Below the pieces are notes generated by a model that searched no databases, was not told the origin of the DNA, and saw only the letters and a program-made list of their open reading frames with translations. This document shows, in pieces, positions 17,170 through 25,100 of a stretch of DNA of 64,000 bases (position 1 is its first letter; every line of letters begins with the position of its first letter). A program made the translations under genes and the position numbers. Source of the DNA: an uncultured archaeon (GTDB taxonomy: Archaea > Thermoplasmatota > Penumbrarchaeia > JASLWR01); contig CAYSHM010000004.1 of assembly GCA_964430885.1 (NCBI GenBank), positions 23,770 through 87,769 of the forward strand, read 5' to 3'.

Positions 17170-19233
17170 ATGGGTCAAGTTTTTTTAGGTAAAATGAGCC
17201 TACGCTGGTGTGATCATTGCGATCTTCCAATTTTGGAGAAGAAAGAATGCCAGCTCTGTTCCGGGCCCACCCGCAAAGTTGATTACACTCCTCCAGGCGA
17301 TGTAAGGCCGGCATTCGAGAGGGATGTCCGCCAGATCAGGAATATAATAGCTGAACAGTTTGGAAAGGATGCTTCGGAAAGCATATTTGCCGAAGATTCC
17401 TTGGTACTTCTGAACGGTGTACCTTCACTTGACAGAATGGACGAGGTTGTGGTTCATGGCAGGGCAATTGGAAATTTGAAATATCTGCCGATTGCAGAAA
17501 AATATGTGTTCATACCCCGGCAGTTCGGGCTCCAATTATTTCAGGGACATATCGAATCAAATTTTATTGTAGCTGATGACGGAGCAATACCTTTCATAAA
17601 AAAGGGGGCAAATTGTCTTGCCCCTGGAGTCCTTGACGCTGTTGGAGATTTCAGGGTGGGCGACGAGGTGATAGTGATTGACAAAACCGGTAATATTCTC
17701 ATGTCCGGTAAGGCCAGGATGGGCCCAGGTGAGATGATTGAGGCCAAAAGAGGGGAAGCGGTGAAAGCTAGAAGAAGACTGAAGGATAAGACAGTTGCAT
17801 TGACCGAACCTGAAATTAAGCCGACCTGGGATCGTGCGGTCCAGGCCAATAAGGATTATCTCAAAGGGAGAATTGCAGGATCAAAGAAGTTCATAAACAA
17901 GGTAATAAAGGCGAATAATCTTCCCTTCACAGTATCATACAGCGGGGGTAAGGATTCCTTGGCCACATTACTTCTCGTACTGGATGCCGACCTAAAACCG
18001 CCAATTATGTTCGTGGATACGGGTCTTGAGTTTCCCGAAACTGTAGAAAATGTTCACCAGGTGGTAAAGAGGTACGGGTTGGAATTAATAGAGTACAAGG
18101 TTGGAGATTCCTTCTATGATTCATTGGAGCATTTCGGTCCCCCTGCCAAGGATTTTCGGTGGTGTTGCAAGATATGTAAACTCGGACCAACAACAATGTT
18201 GATTGATGACCGATTCCCTGAAGGTGTTCTCTCATTCATAGGTCAGCGACAATATGAATCCACCCAGCGGATGGAGAAGGGAGATATTTGGGACAATCCA
18301 TGGGTGCCCAATCAGAAGGGAGCTTCGCCGATCCAGAGGTGGGATGCCTTGACGGTTTGGTTATATATATTTTACAAGAAAGCAACCTATAATCCATGGT
18401 ATGAAAGGGGATTGGACCGAATCGGATGTTGGTGCTGTCCCGCTTCAAGCCAGGCCGAGCTCAAGGAAATAAAAGAACATTTTCCCCAAAGCAGCCGATT
18501 CTTCGGTATGCTCAAGGATTGGGCGGAAAAGAAAAAATTCTCCCAGGAATGGTATGAACTTGGACTCTGGAAGTGGAGAAAATATCCGGGGAGCGTTCAG
18601 GAGATAATGCAGAGATCAGGATTCAACGCTGAAAGAATATTCGGTGATGATGACCCTGAAGAGAGATGGAAGGCGGCACTTGTGGATTTCAAGGATGTTG
18701 AGTGGAAGTTCATAGGCCAGGGGCCTAATGGTATTGATGAGATGGAAATGATTGAGGTGAAAGCCGATTTTACCAGAAATGTTGATATCAGTTCAGTCGT
18801 ACCCTTGCTTCCTATATTGGGGGAGATTTCCTTTAAACCGTCTGAAATTTGCAAATCAGGAACTAATATAGGCGATTCAGCTGGAGACGATCCGGGAAAT
18901 GCAGTGATTATGACCCCCAAAGGCGATATTATCACCTTGCACTCTAGAGGCGTTGAGCTAATAACGCCTGGCGATGATGAAATAGTTGTGCTTCCCAGAA
19001 GGGTGCACCATGAATTGGATAATATCATAGGGGTAATAAAACGGGCTCTGTTCTGCCAGGCCTGTGGGGTTTGTACTGGGAGATGCCCTCAGGATGCAAT
19101 TGCTTGGCGGGATTTAAGAGGCAGGAGAATGATAGTAATAGACCCGGAGAGATGTATATCATGCCGGAACTGTCTCGGCCCGTGTCCTGTGGTGAACTTC
19201 GATCCCGATGAAGAATACAGGATGGCTAAATAG
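17170..19233 (+). CDS. Fusion protein: N-terminal Zn-ribbon + PUA domain + PP-loop PAPS-reductase-family domain + C-terminal 2x[4Fe-4S] ferredoxin domain
   Basis: CDHCDLP..CQLCSG at the N-terminus; PUA-like GDEVIVIDKTGNILMSGKA; PP-loop SYSGGKDS; WCCKICK and CWCCP cysteine pairs; C-terminal CQACGVCTGRCP and CISCRNCLGPCP. Confidence 0.75.
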   Translation: MGQVFLGKMSLRWCDHCDLPILEKKECQLCSGPTRKVDYTPPGDVRPAFERDVRQIRNIIAEQFGKDASESIFAEDSLVLLNGVPSLDRMDEVVVHGRAIGNLKYLPIAEKYVFIPRQFGLQLFQGHIESNFIVADDGAIPFIKKGANCLAPGVLDAVGDFRVGDEVIVIDKTGNILMSGKARMGPGEMIEAKRGEAVKARRRLKDKTVALTEPEIKPTWDRAVQANKDYLKGRIAGSKKFINKVIKANNLPFTVSYSGGKDSLATLLLVLDADLKPPIMFVDTGLEFPETVENVHQVVKRYGLELIEYKVGDSFYDSLEHFGPPAKDFRWCCKICKLGPTTMLIDDRFPEGVLSFIGQRQYESTQRMEKGDIWDNPWVPNQKGASPIQRWDALTVWLYIFYKKATYNPWYERGLDRIGCWCCPASSQAELKEIKEHFPQSSRFFGMLKDWAEKKKFSQEWYELGLWKWRKYPGSVQEIMQRSGFNAERIFGDDDPEERWKAALVDFKDVEWKFIGQGPNGIDEMEMIEVKADFTRNVDISSVVPLLPILGEISFKPSEICKSGTNIGDSAGDDPGNAVIMTPKGDIITLHSRGVELITPGDDEIVVLPRRVHHELDNIIGVIKRALFCQACGVCTGRCPQDAIAWRDLRGRRMIVIDPERCISCRNCLGPCPVVNFDPDEEYRMAK

Positions 19234-19252
19234 AAAACCACTGGTTTTTCAA

Positions 19253-20422
19253 TTACATATCGAGTGGAGCAAACCTTCTTGTTCTTTCAAGTGCCCTGAG
19301 CTTCTCCTTGTCGCCTGCCCTGCTTGCGGTTACGGCATCATTATAGAGGTGAATGATCTCATCGTAAACTTCCCGGTTCACCGGGAATGGCACCCCGTCC
19401 TTTCCGCCTACGGCATAGGAGAATTTAACAGGATCCGACCAGGATGCTTTCTCGCCGTATATCACTTCCGCAACCAAGGAAAGGGCCCTGATGGTCTTAG
19501 GCCCCAAACCCCCGATAAGAAGCATTTGCTCATATCCCTTAGGCTGTATCTCGTAAGCCGACGAAAGGGCCTTCCAGTTGGTCAGCTTGGGCATGTTCAA
19601 AATTGGGAGATTCTCAGGGATATCTGCAGTCATTTTTTGGGACAGAATACTTTGAGGTTCAATTATTTCAGTATAGCTGTTCAAAGTAGCCTGTTCTTTT
19701 GGCAATTTCCTTTTTATTTCTGCAGTCCTGAGAAGGTTTATGTCCCTTTTCAGATGGCCTAGACCGTCCTTTACCAGATCTAACTGGACATTGCGGTTGT
19801 CCTTTGAATCTTTGGCACTTAGATCAAGCACTTCTTTGGGATTAAGATCTGATAGAATGGATTTGTGGGGATCATTGAGATAATTCTCCCCGATATCCGA
19901 ATGCCAATGATATCTTCTTGCATAGCCGTATCTGTCGCTCATACCCTGCTGGAGCACTGCCCAGTCTCCCCCTTCAGCCAGGAACATTGAGTGAAGGTAG
20001 AGCTGATAGCCGTCCTGAAGGGCGGTATTATCCACTTTTGCCACCAGACGGGAAGTGTCAGCAAGTTTATCACCGGGCAGATCAAATTCCCTGCAGATCT
20101 GTTCAATTTCTTTTGGTGCACCCTTAGAATGCCCGCCCTTACCGCCCGTACCTCTCACCGGGGCCGAAATGTTTGATAATGCCTTTTTCAGTGCATAACA
20201 GGTTACCGTGGTAGTACCGGAGGAATGCCAATCAAATCCAAGAACGCACGACAGCGCTTGGAACCAGAAGGGATTGCATATATGTCTGATGAAATCCTCT
20301 GCCCCCCTTTCCTCGATAAAAACCCCTGAGATGCTCTCGGCAAGCTCCACCATACGGGAGAACAGCCATCTCGGGGCTTTTCCTCCATGGAGGGGAAGAT
20401 ATGCAGTCCCGCTTCGTTTCAT
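19253..20422 (-). CDS. DUF763-family protein
   Basis: LPLHGGKAPRWLF, PFWFQALSCVLGFDWHSSGTTT matches my recollection of the conserved DUF763 N-terminus. Function unknown. Confidence 0.65.
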   Translation of the reverse strand: MKRSGTAYLPLHGGKAPRWLFSRMVELAESISGVFIEERGAEDFIRHICNPFWFQALSCVLGFDWHSSGTTTVTCYALKKALSNISAPVRGTGGKGGHSKGAPKEIEQICREFDLPGDKLADTSRLVAKVDNTALQDGYQLYLHSMFLAEGGDWAVLQQGMSDRYGYARRYHWHSDIGENYLNDPHKSILSDLNPKEVLDLSAKDSKDNRNVQLDLVKDGLGHLKRDINLLRTAEIKRKLPKEQATLNSYTEIIEPQSILSQKMTADIPENLPILNMPKLTNWKALSSAYEIQPKGYEQMLLIGGLGPKTIRALSLVAEVIYGEKASWSDPVKFSYAVGGKDGVPFPVNREVYDEIIHLYNDAVTASRAGDKEKLRALERTRRFAPLDM

Positions 20423-20645
20423 AGAGATCTGGCCTCTCTGGTGGCGTGAAAGCTTTTACAGAAGAATTGGCCCAATAGATTGAGTAACGTCATGATTATT
20501 ATGTTTATTTTGATATTTATTGGATTTTTCATTGGGTGAGTAAAAGTGTTCTTGCTCTCGATAGTATTTTCATCATTTTTTGTCATGTTACAAATATGCC
20601 CTTTTTATACCAAATGCCGTTAATTATGAAGTCAAGGTGATATTA

Positions 20646-20849
20646 ATGAAACTGAAATGGGAGACGATATTCGGCGAAGCGATTTACTACAAGACCGAGA
20701 AGGATTTTCATACCAATGAGATCCGAAAGGTCCCTATGGACATTGAATATGACATCCGTCGGGCCAAGATACCCGGTGGCTGGCTTGTGGGTAAGGTTGG
20801 TTCGGACAGCATTACTTTTGTTCCTGATGAAAAACAGGAATGGAAGTAA
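20646..20849 (+). CDS. Hypothetical small protein (68 aa)
   Basis: ATG 20646 is preceded by AGGTGA at about -8 to -13. The track ORF begins earlier (20580) without such a signal. No recognisable motif. Confidence 0.4.
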   Translation: MKLKWETIFGEAIYYKTEKDFHTNEIRKVPMDIEYDIRRAKIPGGWLVGKVGSDSITFVPDEKQEWK

Positions 20850-20887
20850 TGGAACTAAGGCAAAAAAGTGGCGTATCCATCTTGCAG

Positions 20888-21205
20888 TTATTCCTCACTT
20901 TCAATTGGTACATATACCTCGTACTTGCCCGATAAAACATCCTCGGCTACTTCGGATAGTTTTACAAATTGATGGTGGATGAAAAATAAGAAGGCCCCCG
21001 AAAGAATGAATATTCCTCCTATTGAGAGTATTGCGGGGATGGTCTTCCAGGCGGGATCATCGATGATCTGCCAGTTGCTTTCAGCATACACGATTTTGGA
21101 TAGGAAGAACAGGATCAAAAAGGTCACTAGGAAAAAAATACCGGTGATTATTAAGCCTTTTCCGATCATACCAAAATCTAGATATTTTTTTTTCACTAAG
21201 AGCAC
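20888..21205 (-). CDS. Hypothetical small membrane protein (2 predicted TM helices)
   Basis: Two hydrophobic segments: LIITGIFFLVTFLILFFL and IPAILSIGGIFILSGAFLFFI. No family recognised. Confidence 0.45.
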   Translation of the reverse strand: MLLVKKKYLDFGMIGKGLIITGIFFLVTFLILFFLSKIVYAESNWQIIDDPAWKTIPAILSIGGIFILSGAFLFFIHHQFVKLSEVAEDVLSGKYEVYVPIESEE

Positions 21206-21403
21206 CTTGTTCTTTTTCTTTTAGCCCACGTATGAAAAGCGCTTTAATTAATATGGGATTCATACGTATATAAATTATTCCTTAAAACATTTTTATCGGA
21301 ATCAGTTCATTATCCTGGGATTTTTATTTGGTCCAATACGTTTAAATCGATTCTGATTATTATCTGAAACTCTGAACAGGTATGGAATAGAGGTGAATGG
21401 TAA

Positions 21404-22084
21404 ATGTATCTCAACAGGTTTTGTCATGCAATCGTATCTCTTATTATTGTTATGGTGTTGGTAACTGTAAGTATTCCATATACTTCAGCCGAGGAAAACC
21501 CGGTAATTGTCCTGGAGACGAATTACGGTAAAATCAAGGTGGAGCTATATCCTGATTCAGCTCCAAAGACTGTGGAGAACTTCCTGAAATATGTCGAGAG
21601 CGGTTTTTTTGATGGACTTATCTTTCATAGGATAATTGCTGATTTCATGATCCAGGGCGGTGGATTCAATAAGGAAATGACTAAAAAAAATCCATCCTAT
21701 GCACCAATAATCAATGAAGCCTCAACTGCTCAGATCCGTAACAACAGAGGTACTATAGCCATGGCCAGGACTAACGATCCGAATTCGGCAACAAACCAAT
21801 TCTTTATTAACGTGGTAGATAACAATTTCCTTGATTGGGATACCAGTGCTGATGGTTACGGTTATTGTGCTTTCGGCAGGGTTACCAAGGGTATGGATGT
21901 GGTAGACGATATTGCTTCAGTAAAGACTGGTAATCAAAATGGATATTCCGACGTACCTAACGAGGACGTGATAATTGAAGAAACTTACGTGAAAGAAATG
22001 GAAGCATCTCCTGGTTTTAGAGTGACTCCCCTACTGATAGCTCTCGGTATTCCAGCAGTGCTTTTTTACTTCAGACGTAGGTAG
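21404..22084 (+). CDS. ppiB: Secreted cyclophilin-type peptidyl-prolyl isomerase with PGF-CTERM archaeosortase sorting signal
   Basis: Signal peptide IVSLIIVMVLVTVSIPYTSA. Cyclophilin motifs FHRIIADFMIQGGGF, GTIAMAR and NQFFIN. The C-terminus is SPGFRVTPLLIALGIPAVLFYFRRR followed by the stop, that is PGF + TM + Arg cluster. Confidence 0.85.
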   Translation: MYLNRFCHAIVSLIIVMVLVTVSIPYTSAEENPVIVLETNYGKIKVELYPDSAPKTVENFLKYVESGFFDGLIFHRIIADFMIQGGGFNKEMTKKNPSYAPIINEASTAQIRNNRGTIAMARTNDPNSATNQFFINVVDNNFLDWDTSADGYGYCAFGRVTKGMDVVDDIASVKTGNQNGYSDVPNEDVIIEETYVKEMEASPGFRVTPLLIALGIPAVLFYFRRR

Positions 22085-22107
22085 TGCTAACAATAAGTAT
22101 CAGAGTA

Positions 22108-25100
22108 TCAATCCATGTATCTCTCCCAATCTATTTCGATCTCGTTGGAAGGCAGTTCGTCCTCCCATGGTTCCTGCTCTCCCATGGCGTTCCTTCTTTT
22201 TGTGTAAAGCGCAATAACGACGACTATGGCCAGAACTACAGCTAATATTATTATTATCAGTATGGCGAATCCAGAACCGCTAGTGGTCGGAGTTCCAGTG
22301 TCGCTGTGCTGCTCTGCCATTGGAGCGAAGATGGTGAAATGGGTGACATTGGCATAGATAACATTGTTCTCAGTATCGATCCAGGTTTCCTCAGCCACCT
22401 GCCATCCGTTGCTGTTCTCGTCCCAGTAGTACACCTTGAGACTATCTTCGCTGATCCCATAAGGCAGATCATCCTCTGAATAATCGATCATCATCCAGTA
22501 CCAATTTATCTGCCCAGTTATATCTGCCTGATATGTGTCCCCAATAAGATATTTATCTGTCGGCAGATCATCCTGTGCCTTCTGAGGCAAACCTGTGAGG
22601 TCCTTTAGCTTCCAGGATACTGTCCCCTCACCGAAGAACTTGGCCTTGACCAGTCTTCTACCCAGTTCATCAAGGAAATCCACCTCCTTTACTGAATCAA
22701 GTGTCAGCGGGATCTCGGCTCTTTTGTCATATCCTGCAGTGAATCTGATGCGACCATCCACAATCTCAGGGATAATTATTTGACCGCCTAGAGGTATGAA
22801 CATGTTATTGGAGGCCGAAAAGCTGCTGCCGTGTTCAATCTTGTAGGCCGCAGGATAAATAAAGCCACCCTCCATCAATAGAGCATTGAACTCGCCTTCA
22901 TGTTCTGAATCCAGGGTGAACCAGTTAGGTCTCTTTTCCAACCTTTTTGTATCAAGGATGTAGTAATGCACAGGGACCTTTAAAGGATCATTGGAGGTAT
23001 CATTCTTCCAGATAAAGGCATGTGAGTCCCAGCGGAATTTTCCAATGTCCTGCCAGTTATCCTTGAAATATAGTCCATTATCCCCTGCTTCGCCCTTTTT
23101 CTCAATAAGACCCCAATAATCGATGTCCAGAAATATCTCAAGTTCCCTGAGTTTTTCCATAATTTGCTCGAACAGGGTTTCATTTATGCCGGAAATGTCC
23201 GCATTCTTTACGGCCCAGTAAATTATATAATAAAGATCTTCTTCCGAAAGGGTTTTGTTCTCATATCCTTTGATCAAAGCTGCCAAAAACAGGGCCAAGT
23301 CTGCATGGGCCAGGTCCTGTTTTGATATCAGATTAGATAAGATGATTTTGGCTATGATGTCACGGCCGATATGGTCTTTCTCTCTCAATGCCATAAGTAA
23401 TCTGATGAGTTCATAACCCTCTATGGATCCATGTTCATACAGCCATTTAACTATGCCAGTCAGGTTTTCCTCTTCGAATATTCCGTTTTCTCCCAGCATT
23501 TCTATGATGTGGGCAGTATCATCGATGGTGATGACCGATGAATCCAGGCACATTCCCAGAAGCTCACCCAGGTGGGTTCTGTTGATCTCCTCACTGAGCA
23601 AACTTACCAACAGCAGTTCCGTGAACTCATCCAGGTCGAGTTCACCAGTGTAGTAGGCCTGACCTATGATCCATTTCACATCTTCCAATGTCAATTCGTT
23701 TTCCTTGAATGCCATGAACAGGATCCATCTGACATCATCCAAAGTCAATTCCCCTTCCTCATAAGCATTGATCAGTATCCATTTCAAAATTGGTTTTGTC
23801 AAGAGCTCTTCATTGTAAGCGTGGATAATTATCCATTTCATATCCTTTCGGGTCAATTTTCCTTCATTGTAGGCATGAACGATAAGCCATTTCACATCCT
23901 CTTTTGTAAGTTCTCCCTCATCATAAGCCTTGAAGATGATCCATTTCACATCCTCTCTTGTCAATTCCCCCTCCCCATAGGCATGGAAGATAAGCCATCT
24001 CAGATCGCTTCTTTCCAGTTCATCCTCGGAATACATCATAACAGCCAGATACCAAAGGTCATCCCTTGTAAGCTCTCCTACCTTGTATGCGTGGAAAATG
24101 AGCCATCTCAGATCATCCCTTGTGAGATTTCCCTCCTCATATGAGGAGTGAAGCAGCCATTTCAGCTCATCTCTTGTCAGCATTCCATCATCATATAGAA
24201 GCACCAGCAGTTTTTTTACATGGGTCCTGTTCAGACCATTTTCCTTGTAGAGCATTACTATGATCCATTTCAGTTCGTGCTTGCTGAAATCACCGCTGGC
24301 ATGAATATCCTTTATTATTCTCCGGATATCCTCGTGGGTGAGTTCCCCATTTCTGTAGAATAGCGATAACAGCGTTTTGAGTTCTTCGAGTTCAATGTTG
24401 CCATCCATATAGGCTTTGGATATGGCCCTTTTAAGATGGGTGATGTTGATAAGACCGTCATCAAAGGCCCTTTTCAGAAGAATGTGAATATTTTCCAGTT
24501 CAAATACATCTTCCATCTGAGCCCTGAAAAGGATGACTGTGAGATCGTCAATGGATATCTTTCCCTGATGCATGGCCCTGAAAAGGATATCATGTATGTC
24601 GTTGATGGATAGGTCGCTCTTATGGTAGGAGAGAACAAAGAAATCATAGAGTTCGTCAGTGGAGATCACTTCGTTCAAGAATGCATCCATGATCAGATCC
24701 CGCATCTCTGAAAAAGTGATGAATCCCTCGTCATAACCCCCTATGACCAGCCACGCATAGGTCCCGACTTCATCATCGATTGTGTGGTTGTAATGACCAA
24801 GGAATGCAACTGACAGCTCAAGTAGGTCCTGGTAACTTATTTCTCCTCTATTATAGGATTGGAAAAGGGCTAGCCTGATTTCATTCTCCTCGTCCTCATG
24901 ATTTTTAAAAGCATTCATAATATTATCTATTACATTCCCCATCTCCGTGTTGTCATTCTCAAGTATGCTCATATTGTTCTGGGCTGAATCGTAGACCGGG
25001 GGCTCGTTTGTTGTATCGTTGGAGTGCTGATCGTTCGCTACATTCTCATTCTGCAGTTCTCCAAGAAGCTCATCGGTGCCGTTCTCGTCAATCTTTTCAG

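Noticed and set aside
19208-19762. 184-aa + strand ORF continuing past the PAPS-reductase-like gene
   Set aside because: It overlaps the DUF763 gene on the opposite strand, which has strong family motifs. There is no recognisable motif and no start signal.
23572-24144. 190-aa + strand ORF with its own striking periodicity (DPFHI.. repeated)
   Set aside because: It is the antisense shadow of the 54-nt coding repeat of the 1986-aa minus-strand gene. The periodicity is inherited, and the long minus-strand ORF with coherent domain structure explains the region.
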